DNA of 64,000 nucleotides from Kondoa subrosea (Eukaryota): NCBI GenBank assembly GCA_039545335.1, contig BCIN01000002.1, positions 943,118 to 1,007,117 of the forward strand, read 5' to 3'. Shown piece by piece: positions 53,134 to 64,000 of this stretch (position 1 is its first letter; each line of letters starts with the position of its first letter). The notes under the pieces were generated by a model. It saw only the letters and a program-made list of their open reading frames with translations, ran no database searches and was not told where the DNA came from. The position numbers and the translations under genes were made by a program.

Positions 53134-55130
53134 ATGAGCCTGGAATACACTCGCGTTGAAGAGCTATCCTCTGTTTGCTTTGTTCATTATTCACATGTCT
53201 GCGATTTTGTGAAATTTGGTATCAGATTGTAGAGGGATTACGCACCAGCTTCAATAATGGATTAACCAAAGATCTCAACTTTCGCCAACAGCAACTACGC
53301 TCGCTGGCTTACATGCTCGAGGGTGAGTCTTCATGGCATTTCACTCAATTCCATGCGCTGACTGTTTGATCAGAGAACCGAGAAGCTTTCAGAGAAGCTT
53401 TCAAGGCCGATATGGGCAGACCTTGGTTTGAAGCCTATGTTGGCGATATCGATCCTACCATCTCAGATATCGTGCAACTACAGGCGAATCTGCATAAATA
53501 CGCTGCACCTCAGCGATCGCCTGGTGGATTAGCATGGGGAATGAGTGCTCCGCATTTCAAGCGTGAAGCTAGAGGTCTTTGGTCGGTAAATTTGTGTTCA
53601 GATGCTCATACGCTAACGTACTAGTATAGCTATGTCGCTGGTCCATACAACTACCCAATCATGTGTCTGCTCGTTCCAGTAGCTGGCGCAATTGCAGCCG
53701 GTAACACAGTGCTGATGAAGCCTAGCGAACTGGTGCCTACTATATCCTCGCTATTGACCAGTGCGTGCTCTGTTGGCTATGTATGTACTTACTGAATTAT
53801 CATCACAGGATTGCTACCCCAATATATCGATACTCGCTGTTATCGAATAGTCAATGGCGGACCAGAAGTAGCAGACGAGATCTTGAAACAACGCTTCGAC
53901 TACATCTTCTTCGTACGTCTTTGTTTTCTCTCTCTGGATTCTCGCTGAGTCGTGTACAAAGACCGGAGGTGCTGGGGTAGCAAAGAAGATATCTCTAGCT
54001 GCGGCACAATTCCTCACTCCAGTTGGTCTAGAACTTGGTGGTCAATGTCCTGCAATAGTCGACGAAACAGTCGATATTGATCTTGCTGGCAAACGAATCG
54101 CTTGGGCCAAGTCATTCAACAGTGGTCAGACTTGCGTGGCCCCTAATCATGTGCTTGTGTGAGTCAAATATATACCGCTTGTTCTAATTGAGCTGACATT
54201 TTTACCAGGATGGAATCGGTCAAGGATCGCCTGGTACAAGCTATCAAGAAGCACTGGCGAGAACAGTATCCCACCGGAAGTACTGATCAAGCTAAAATGT
54301 ATGATGCTTTCCAGACCTTATAAGATTGTTTGCGCTGACAATCTCTTTACAGGGTTAACGATCGACACTTTGATCGTGTCACGAAGCTTCTAGACTCTAC
54401 TTCTGGCTCGATAGTGCACGGCAACAATAGAAAAGGCTCTCAACTTTCTGTCACTCTAGTCGATAACGTTGCTTCCGAAGATGCTCTGCTGAGTGAAGAA
54501 ATCTTCGGCCCTGTTCTACCTATCGTGGGTATCAAGTCGATAGACGAAGCTATCCGCATCACGAACTCGACTGGCTGTCCCTTAGCTATCTATCTATTTT
54601 CTGAGTCCAAGGCTGTGCGGAAGCAAGGTATGATGTCTGTCGACACACATTGAACTTTCACTGATCTGTCATGATAGTATCTGATAGTACAAGATCAGGT
54701 TGCCTGATCTACAATCATTGTCTCGTTCATATGCAAGCTCCGCTGCCGTTTACCAGTGTTGGCACGTCAGGCAATACAGGTCAGTTTTGTGGAATGTCTC
54801 GTACGATTTAGTATCTAATACCTGACTGTCGTATCAGCTTACCGAGGCCGAAATGGTATCAACTCTTTCTCCGTCTTCTCCTACGAGCGAAGTTATCTTT
54901 CCGTTCCATATTCGCTAGAAAGCATGCTTTCGTGCATCTACCCACCTTATGTCTCGAAATTCAAGTACAAAATGGCCGGTTTCCTTACTTTGAGCAAGAT
55001 CAACTTTCGGAAACCTGGTGAACCCTTCTCGCTTTTGCAATGGTTAAAAACCAAAAAGGTTTGGCTCATCTTGGCACTTATTGGCCCGCTGTTGGCTCTG
55101 AGAAGAAGGAGACAAGCACTCATGAGGTGA
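53134..55130 (+). CDS. Aldehyde dehydrogenase, ALDH3/HFD1-like, with C-terminal membrane anchor
   Basis: [50 protein letters not shown]-terminal hydrophobic tail. Confidence 0.9.
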
Positions 55131-55235
55131 AACAAGAGGTGAAAGCAATAGCTGTCAATAAATTGTCGAATTTACTAATGTTCGAATGCAACACTATATT
55201 TACATGCTCAGGAACTCTGTATACTCTGACTCTGC

Positions 55236-57402
55236 TTATAATTTTGCTGTCCGAGTCAGAGCAGCCAATCCTAGAGGTTTGTCACCTTTTCGGTCGCGCA
55301 ATCTGAAAGACTTGATCAGCGACATGCCATTTCACTTCGCCGACCAGCCTACAATCTGCGCAAAATCTTTCCTGAAGGATTCTTTGGCACAGCATCAACG
55401 AAGACGATGCCTCCGCGCAATTGCTTGTACGGCGCCAGCTTCTTGGCCGTCCATGTAATGATCTCGTTGGCTTTCGCTTCCGTGGCTTGTGTCATATCAT
55501 TGAGCGTTACTAAAATGCACATCAGCTATCGAACCAGAAGGCACGTAGCTCGACATGAGACGCACTATATGCTCTCGGCACTTCTGTAGCCTCGTCTGCC
55601 TTGTAGAAAGGAATGATCCCAACGTCAAGTACATCCTGTCTGCCGAGCAAAATGCCTTCTAATTCTATAGGCAGAGAAAATGTTAATCCCAGCTGGTCAT
55701 TAGCAAGTCTGACTTGCCTGCTGGAGCAATTTGCAATCCTGTCGACGTATCAGTCAGTCAGAAGTTTCTAATGTGGTGTCATGTATTGCCGACCTTTATA
55801 CTTGATTAGCTAGAAAAGAGAATCTCAATCCTGTCTCGCGTAGGGTAATAAGTTGCATACCTCTTTAACTCGATCAGTCACATATAGATAGCCGTCTAGT
55901 GATGTAATCAGTCAATCTATAGGCACAATCGAGTAACTACTGCACCTTTATCTACTGTGCAGATATCGCCAGTCTTCATCCAGCCATCGGATGTCCAGGA
56001 CTCTTTGTTCGCCGTCTCATTTGCCCAATAACCATAGGTGATGTTGGGACCTCGAACCAATAATTCGCCATCTTCTTGCAACCATCCCTCTACTCCGGCG
56101 ATCAATTTCCCGCAAGAGCCAAGTCTACTTGCACCAGGTTTGTCTGTGCAGATGATGCAGGCTATGGCAGTCAAGAAGCGTAAACATGAGCGAACAGAAG
56201 TTGCTTAGAGGAAGGCTTGACTTACTCGTTTCGGTCATGCCATACCCACCGAGAACCTCTATACCGAACTTCTTGTTGATCTGATCATATAATTCCTCCG
56301 ACAAAGGAGCAGCGCCGCATCCCATCTCTTTCACGCTTGACAAATCATACTTGTCCGTCAAGGGAGATTTAGCTAGTGCGAGTACGACTGGCGGAACAAG
56401 GGTGAGGTTTGTGACTTTGTACTTCTGGATAACACGCAAAAAGTCTTCGAACTCGAATTTGCGCATCATGATTGTTTGAATGCCGACGTATAGACCAAGG
56501 TACTCGAAGATGAACTTTGACGCGACCACATATCAGATTCTGTGTGTACGATGTCTGGGCTGAACTGACCAAGCCATACATGTGATATAAAGGTAAGAAG
56601 CACAAGTAGATCTTGTCTTGTGTTACTCTCTCGCCAGCAGTATCAAGGTATTGCCGAAGAACGCTGCCGATATTAAAATGGGTCGTCTCCACACCTTTGG
56701 GTTTCCCAGTCGTTCCACTGCTGTAACATCGAAATGCTGTCGTCCGGCGGCATTCCTCTTCACTCAGTGGTCTAGGTTTGATAGTTTCTTTCCCACTCAA
56801 TGTCCATACGGATTTGAGGCCTTGATAAGAATCGTCTGGATTGAGTAGAAACACTTTGCTCTTGGGTAGACCCATCCTTTGGATGACGGGCTCGACAATT
56901 GACATTAGGGCTGAGTCTGTAATGATCAACTTCGCGTTTGAGTCTCGAGCCATATATTCCAATTCGTTTTCAGTATATGCTGTAGCATCACGATCGATAA
57001 GTATTCCTCTCTAATGGCAACGAATGGCTCACATGGGTTAGCAAAGGTACAGATGAGAGAACCAGCTTGAGTCGAAAACATCGCCGGAGCGTAATACAGC
57101 GAATTGGTACAGAAGATGAGAACAACCTCGCGTTCTTGCAGACCAGTACGATGGCGCAACCCATAACCAAGTTGCTGGGTCATCAGTCGCATCTGATTGA
57201 TCCTGCGCATCATCTCAGCATCTTTCTCCGAAGCAGATTGATCAACCTACGACAAAGAGGCATCATTGGTCGAGTCGATGAAGCTCTTTTTGTCCTCGTC
57301 TCTGTCATACTCGTTGGGCTCGAAGACTAGACGCCAGCTATCCTTGGCAGGTTTGGGATGATATTCGTATGGTGACTTGAGAAGTCTTCCTTTTCTGACC
57401 AT
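55236..57402 (-). CDS. 4-coumarate-CoA ligase-like acyl-CoA synthetase with PTS1 (AKL)
   Basis: YSSGTTGKPKGV, GYGMTETS, GWMKTGD, SGKILRR; ends TRTAKL*. Confidence 0.9.
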
Positions 57403-57763
57403 GACAGTGCTTTGTATACGAGGTCGGACAGCTCTCAGAAGACGGTACGGAATAAGGGCCCCGCGTTTACAGGCGAAATCAGATTTCGGATTGGCATTAA
57501 GCGAAGTAGCCGTACCCAAGGCCGAGAATTCGGCCACTACGCGGGAACGCTCACGGTGTAGGATTCATGGAAGCGCAATTGTTGCAAGAGATAGCAGACA
57601 GATGCGAAATAGGCTCAGACCAGGGAAAGAGAGGAAAGCAGACTCTTCGAAATGCAAGTTGCAAGGTGAGTGGTTTTTCATGCGACAGCCAGACTGCCAG
57701 GCAGCATATGAGCCACTTGGAGACGCGTCACAGACGCGAAAGCCCGCGTCTTGCATTCGGTCA

Positions 57764-58920
57764 ATGACTTCGAGTGTTTCCTTTCCACCTCTGAGCAGGG
57801 CTTCAGTCAACGCTTGTCTGTACTCTTCTTGGTCTCCTCTCTTCAAGAAGCACACGCCCAAAGCCACAGTCCTTGCTCTGCCAAATTCTTTCATCGACTA
57901 TTTGGAAACAGATGGACTTTTTACACCTCGAGGCAGCGAGCACAGTCAAGCAGATACAGATGCATGGAGTGATGCGGAGGACAGCGACGACGAGGAGGCA
58001 GGCATGCAGAGGCACTTTGCGTTTCCTGAGCTCGATGCTCGAATCAGACAAGTCATCGAACTCTATCAAGGGTCTGTCTTTCCTAAATTCAGCTGATCTA
58101 GTCCTCAAGTGAGTCCGTCGTAATGTCGCTTTGATCTTCGCAATTGATCGCATTGAAAGGACGCTGCTTGGATCAATGCAGGACCACCGCTGAAGTGCAC
58201 TTGTCCTGCAGACGTCTATCTTCTATTGAAAGCTTCTGATTTTGTCACACATGATCTCAATCATGCTTACGATCGATGCGAAGATGGTCAAGAAGGCCAG
58301 AAGCCAGACAAATGCGAACTTGTGCTGAAGAAGTGGTTTGATATGCCTCGATCGCAAGAGTTCCGGTGTTTTGTATTGGACAATCAGCTTATAGGTAAGA
58401 ATGTAGTCTTTCCTCTGAAGATTGGCTGACTCTGATAGTCTGACAGCTATATGTCAATGAGATGTCAACCACTATGATTTCTTGCAAGCTGAAGATCTGC
58501 AATTACAAATACGGACAAGTCTGATCGCCTTCTTTACGGATAATGTACAGCATCGCTTCCCGGAACGGAATTGTGAGTCATTCGTCTCGCGCCAGAGCTA
58601 TTCTCACTTGAGGTGGGACAGATGTCTTCGATGTCTATTTCACTCGAGACTACCTCAAAATCTTCCTGATCGACTTCAATCCTCTAGCACCGCAAACAGA
58701 TTCACTTCTCTTCGATTGGACAGAACTTCTTTCCCTTACGCCAAATACACCTGATCTACCTCTCTTTCGAGTAATTGCCAGTGCAACTGAAGCAGCTCAA
58801 TCACAACCTCGATACAGTCACAACCGATATCCGAAAGATGTCATTGCTTTGAGCGACGGCAAGAGCGTTGCGGAATTTGCAAAGGATTGGCAAGAGTCGC
58901 TGAAGCAGGCTGTGAACTGA
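57764..58920 (+). CDS. CDC123: Cell division cycle protein 123 (D123 ATP-grasp, eIF2 assembly factor) containing two in-frame TGA codons
   Basis: CLYSSWSPLF, FIDYLETDG, VFPKFS*SSPQDAAW, YLLLKASDFVTHDL, LVLKKW, EFRCFV, AICQ*DVN, VFDVY, LIDFNP, TDSLLFDW. Confidence 0.9.
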
Positions 58921-59125
58921 GAGCAGCAGTAGTTCGACGGGAAGAAGATCTCTGTATTTGTACAAGAGCAAGAACAGATTCGAGCAGCGTCACACGTCAC
59001 ATTGGCTGGCGGAGCGATTGACACATCTGTGTACATTCTGAACCACATAGCCTGAATCCTTGTACGAAACTATGCTCTCGGCTGATACATACAATATCAG
59101 CAAGAGGATACCAGTCGAGTGACGT

Positions 59126-60246
59126 CTACTCCAGCCTCCTTCTATTCCGGAAGCCAACTATATGCCGGACTTCCATCGATTCTCTTGGCTGTTCAGTATC
59201 GAGCCGCTTTTCATCAAAGAAAGCTGTATGAGGTGTGAACGACGCTTTTCCAGATCGTCCTTCTTCTGAATCGTAGCAGAGCAGCAAAATGATTTCGTCC
59301 GGCATTTGATCTGACAAGTCCAAATGAGGATGGAAAAGCAAATATCTGATGCTTGACTCACTATGCAGATAGTACCATTTCTGACCATCGGAATGCCGTA
59401 TGGAGAAATGAGAACCATAGAAATCCGTCGAGCGACCCAGATCTGCTTCCTTGTCCAGAGTAGTATAATCACACATTGCCTGAAGTACTCGTCAGCTAGT
59501 TCAGCAACACCAGGCTCCAGCTCACCAAAGGGCAGTCTTCGACAGGACCAAGTATAGGTCGCCAAAGATTGACGATCATGCCTCGGTTGCCGTCTTCCAA
59601 AGCCCAGGGTATACCGAAATCTCGGATATGTTGTCTTGCGCAACTTTCATCTTGATCTACATGAGCTCGACCAGCCGGAATAGGTGTTTCAGGTGGTTTG
59701 AAGTCTATTTGTCTCGTTCAACATTAGACGAACTGAGGGACGGAAATGACTGACCGCCAGAAGCTTCTTCGTCTCGAGCTTGACTATCCGTTTTCCGATA
59801 AGCTTCACCCCATGGAATGATCTCATCCGCTTCAAGAAGTTCCTTGACCAGTCTTGAGTACTACATCAGCCCAGGTGCTTCTCTAACATGAGACTAGCTT
59901 ACTTTGCAGTTTCTTGCATATAAGCCTTTACACCTTCCGGTTTCCTGATCTCTTCATAACTCATTCCAAAATCATGTTTCAGCACAGCGAATCCTCTAGC
60001 TGCTATTTGATCTTTGGCAGGAATAGGATGTGAATGCTCGAGTTCAGCTCTCAAGTCATGAATCTCCATTTCTACAGGTTCAAGAGCGATGATTTCTTCT
60101 TCTCCATCAAGATACTTCGCACTTCGGATACAGATCAGGAAGGAAGACGCTTGTAGAGGGCAGGTAAATTACTGTTTGAATGGCTTCGACAGCCGATTTG
60201 AAGATTTGCCTCGAGGAGAACAGAAATTGATAGTTGCGAGCACCAT
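59126..60246 (-). CDS. AsaB/CmcJ-like hydroxylase family protein
   Basis: AHVD, IVNLWRPI..PVEDCPL..CD, QKWYYL, TPHTAF and RESMEVR motifs. Confidence 0.8.
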
Positions 60247-60661
60247 GAATATACAGATATAGACAAGCACAGAACACGGACACAGGACAAGAGGCAGTCA
60301 GAGACTTGAGAAGCTTATCGCTCGCGGAAAAACGCCGAGACAATCAACCGACAGCAAGCAAGCAGCATGGGGATAGCAATAGCAAACAGTACAGCACGAT
60401 ACTGAGTCGCTGCATGTTGCTGAGCAATATTGCCACCGATTTTTCAATTTAGGGGTCACTGCATTTCCGCGTTTCAGCCCTTCCATTCGACCATCTTCTT
60501 TTCTTCTCTCGCTGCTTGCTTCGTGACCGACACTCGTTTACAACACACCCACGCTCTTTAAACACATACCTAAGGACCCCTTATATCCCGTTTTCAAGCC
60601 TTGACAAGCAAAAAAAACAAAGACTCGAAGAAGCGAAAATCAAAGGACATAGCGCAGAACG

Positions 60662-61994
60662 ATGAAAGGCAAGGCCTGTATAATAACGGCTCTCGTAGCC
60701 TCCGTATCAGCACAGCGTAAGGAGTCCTAGAGAAAATAGTAGATGCTTCACTCAACCCTTGTCGATAGAAATCTCGAGCGGTTGCAACACGTATTTACAG
60801 CAACTGGACAGCAATCCTACACTCTCACAATGTGCAACACCTCTACTTGAAGCCACAGCAGCCTACAATCCAGTCTCATCGCAGAATGGCAACGCTACAG
60901 TTCAAGCGACTCTAGCTACAATTTGCTCATCTACAACACAGTTCTGCTCGACTTCCCTTCTTCAAACTACTCTCAATGACTTCTTTTCAAGTTGTTCGGC
61001 GGAAATGGGAGGCGCTACAGCAGTTCCAGCAGTTCAGGTTTGTTCTTTTCATGTAGAATTACAGGCCCTGAGCTGACTTGGTCCTCTTCTAGTCTCTTTA
61101 TGACTCTCTATATATGCTACCAGCTTTCAAGACTGCCGTCTGCGCGTCAGACGCTACGACTCAATCGTCCTGCCTGATGCAAATTGGTAGCGGAAAGAAA
61201 CAAGGAAACACAACGGCATCTGAAGCACCTCTTCATCAAGAAGCAGCAAGTGCAACAGTAGCTTTGGCCGCTAATGCGACAGTCGCTCTATCGGCTTCTG
61301 CTTTGCCTTCAATGGGTGCTGCTAACGTCTCAAATGCTGTTATTGGTGTGGTCGCATTACAGCAAGTCGGCTCAGGCTTCAACGTACAAGCTATCGCTAC
61401 ATCAGTTGTACAAACTCCTTCCTTCCTATACCAAGTTGCTGCAAGCGCAAAGCAAATCGCTCGTCGTCGTCTTCTTCGTCGACAAGATTGGAATGCGGAT
61501 GGAACTCCAGCTTCTTCCTCCTCTGCGCCAGCTCCTTCCGCTTCTTCATCATCATCTAATTCTACTAATGCAGCAGCCATAATCGATTCCGCAATAGTCC
61601 CCAACACTACAACTTTCACCGATTCTTATCTACATTTCCTCTTCCTCAACCCAGATATGTCGACCGAACAACTTTGCACTTCCTGCACGCAACAAATCTT
61701 GGCAAGCTACGTTTCTTGGGAAGGCAAACAACCTTACCCTATTGGAATCAGCAACTCTGGTATGCTTGGAGTTCAGATCAAGCTGTATAGAGCTGTGAGC
61801 GCTAGGTGTGGAGCTAGTTTCGCTCAGGATATTTCAGTCATCGGTGAGTCTTCCTTCCATCATCAGGAATGAGGTAGATCTAATGGTCGTGAACAGCTGG
61901 TCAGAACACTTTACTACAAGCTAGTGCGACTGGATTGAAGATTGGCGCTTTGTGGACTTTCGGCTTGACGATGTTGCTCTGGCTCGTCTTGTGA
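60662..61994 (+). CDS. Secreted Cys/Ser/Thr-rich protein, probably GPI-anchored
   Basis: Signal peptide MKGKACIITALVASVSA; conserved-looking Cys pattern; dibasic RRRLLRRQ site; hydrophobic C-terminus. Confidence 0.75.
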
Positions 61995-62381
61995 GAGGTT
62001 GAAGAGAAGAGAGAGAGAGAGAAAAGAGTTGAGCTCTTTTACAACAGAGATTGTTATAGTAAAGTATTTCTCTTTATCGTTACGCATTTAAACCCCGTGT
62101 TATTTCTTTAAATCGTTCTCACAATATCAGTCCTCTTGTACTAGTTGTCCTATGTAGCGCTGGAAAGCAAAGCATATTGTCGTTTGAATTTAGCCAATTG
62201 ACTTGTTTACGTAATTCTATTGCTGTCTTGTCATTAACGTCCATATCCTTCACTTCTCTCCAGACATCCGTATAGCAAGCTGAGAAGTATCGCTAGAATC
62301 ACTGCTCCGCTAGCGAGCAATCCTTCAAGTTGGTGTTATTCTACTCAATCTTTCACTGGCAAACGCGCTTTTGCGACTCGG

Positions 62382-63396
62382 ATGCCTGCACCTAAAGATC
62401 TAGTCTTCTATGACATCCTTTGCGCAGAAGGAGAAGTCTCATGGTGTTCGCATTTCTTCCCTTTTATCTCTCTCACTCCTTTCTGACTGAGCGTTACAGC
62501 TCCAAACACTTTGAAAGTGGAATACGCTTTACGATATCTCGATATTCCTTATCAAAAGGTGTTCTTGTCTTATCCTGATATCAAGGAACATCATCAGAGC
62601 TTGGGCATCCAACCGAACGATCCTAAGGATGTCGCATTTCAATGTAAGCTCTCCTTTGTACTTGAGCCCTGGTCTTGGCTACATTGCGACATCGCGCTGC
62701 CTTGGTGCTTGTAGTACATATAGCTGATATGACCTGGATTGGTAGATTCCTGCCCTGCTATCTCTTTCACCAACGAAGTAGGCGAGAAACATGCAGTGCA
62801 AGACTCTAACCGTATCATCGACTTGATCGAAAGATCTCAATGGAGCAACAAAACATTATATCCTTCTCCGGGTTCTCATGCTTTGCAAGCCGTCGTCGGG
62901 ACTTGGATCGCTGCAATGTTTCCGTTACTTCGAAAGTGAGCTACTAGACTACTGTAAGGACGGCAATATGCTGACCAAGAGGCCGGGATAGAATCATCTT
63001 CGCTGGTATGCCTGAGAAGTTGGATGAAAGAGGCGGAAAGTATTTTGCCGAGACTCGAGTAAGTGCTGAAGTTGTCCTTTCCTGTTGCCAAGCCAAAGGC
63101 AGATGGAACAGTCAAAGACGTTTGGACCGCTGGGAAAGTATGCTAGTGAAGAAGATGTAGCTCAAGCTTGGGCTGGTCTGGACAAGATGTTCAAGCAGCA
63201 AATCGTACCTGTTCTTGAAGCTGAAGATGGACCTTTCCTCATCGACGAGAAACCAATTTACGCGGACTTTCAATTGGCCGCTATTCTGCATTGGGTCAAG
63301 ATCGTCAGACCGAAAGAAGACTTTGAACGCCTGATGACTTTAGGAGGAAATTCTGTGCGGAAGTTGTATGAGTCTTGTGAACAAATCAGAACCTGA
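62382..63396 (+). CDS. Glutathione S-transferase-like protein (fungal GST_N_3 type)
   Basis: VFYDI...WSPNTLKVEYALRYLDIPY...LSYPDI, PAI, VQDS, GPFL...PIYADF. Confidence 0.85.
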
Positions 63397-63429
63397 TTGC
63401 AGCAGAGACAATATTTCTATCAGAGAAAC

Positions 63430-64000
63430 TGGCTGACTACCGACTCTGAGCCTTCCTACTGCCTTGAAGTTCTTTTAGACTTTATCTTACGTGATATTGG
63501 TTTTAGCGAGCAACCACTTCAACTCAGGTCATATACTCCGCACATTGGCAATCCATGCGCCCATAGTATCCAACAAACTCATTGGGAATTTCAAGGCTTT
63601 GGAAGAAAAGGCAAAGGCTGTGTGAGGCACTCAGCTTCTGAACAGTGCTATCCTCTCACGAACACGTCCATTTCATATCCACGTATCTGTCGATCACAGG
63701 CGTGGCAGATTAGCTACCAATGTATATCAAGAAGCATCGTAGGCTTACAGCATGTCCCTTGCTTACTCGTCCTCTACGCTCAGTTGCTGTCTGATGACCT
63801 TTCGCATTTCACAAGCACCTTTCGATTCGTCTTCCCATTTGTACAGCAATCTCTTTATGCCTTGATGACCTTGCGTGAAAGTGACTTTATCGTTCTCAGA
63901 TCCAGGAAACATACACCTGACTTGCATATCTTGCCACCCTAAGGAGGATGAATGACTGAGATAGTGTGCTTGTGCAATGAAGACATGCTGATCGATCGGA
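63430..64000 (-). CDS. 3' part of a hypothetical protein gene (5' end lies outside the window)
   Basis: Spliceable exons SENDKVTFTQGHQGIKRLLYKWED..., YVDMKWT and LCLFFQSLEIPNEFVGYYGRMDCQ; the 3' end is uncertain. Confidence 0.45.

Noticed and set aside
57377..57763. N-terminal extension of CDC123 in the 239-aa ORF
   Set aside because: It starts at a non-ATG codon, overlaps the divergent ligase gene start, and similarity to the family begins only after ATG 57764.
58052..58101. Cryptic intron removing the first CDC123 TGA
   Set aside because: Candidate donors give the wrong phase or an intron that is too short, and splicing would delete the conserved VFPK motif.
38144..58920. Functional cluster of translation/RNA genes (TMA20, GPN2, RRP6, CDC123)
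   Set aside because: They are interspersed with unrelated genes, as expected by chance in a compact genome.
62003..62030. (AG)n microsatellite; also (AT)n near 50800
   Set aside because: Short, ordinary simple repeats.
51888..63396. Secondary-metabolite cluster (GNAT, ALDH, CoA ligase, AsaB-like, GST)
   Set aside because: No backbone synthase, transporter or regulator is present, and CDC123 interrupts the run.
63397..63942. 181-aa plus-strand ORF directly after the GST stop
   Set aside because: Non-ATG start and antisense to a spliceable minus-strand gene; likely a shadow ORF.
1..64000. Genome-wide TGA reassignment or a selenocysteine code
   Set aside because: TGA terminates many genes here at expected positions, and TGG is used for Trp, including within CDC123. 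The CDC123 TGAs align to W and R, not Cys.

Overview
Gene-dense, intron-rich fungal nuclear DNA, most likely a basidiomycete. The evidence is short 50-70 nt introns with GTGAGT/GTACGT/GTCAGC donors, CTGAC/CTAAC branch sites and many microexons; the lineage call is an inference. About 30 protein-coding genes can be reconstructed by manual splicing. Recognisable ones are an EDC4-like WD40 protein, DUF952, a SnoaL/NTF2-like protein, CPA2, two atypical G-alpha subunits, a P-loop ATPase, SUV3, a GH17 glucanase, an ARM-repeat protein, an LRR protein, an SDR, a DinB-like protein, prenylcysteine oxidase, TMA20/MCTS1, CAB4, GPN2, RRP6, Derlin, a GNAT, an ALDH3-like dehydrogenase, a 4CL-like ligase, CDC123, an AsaB/CmcJ-like enzyme and a GST. 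Three observations stand out. (1) An otherwise intact CDC123 has two in-frame TGA codons at conserved Trp and Arg positions, suggesting recoding, editing or recent pseudogenisation. (2) A putative immune-receptor gene has an N-terminal MLKL/HeLo-like helical domain and ARM repeats encoded as 126-nt phase-1 exon cassettes separated by homologous introns. (3) Two G-alpha paralogues both lack the catalytic switch-II Gln. Exon boundaries were inferred by eye and are approximate. No rRNA, tRNA, CRISPR array or clear transposon was seen.
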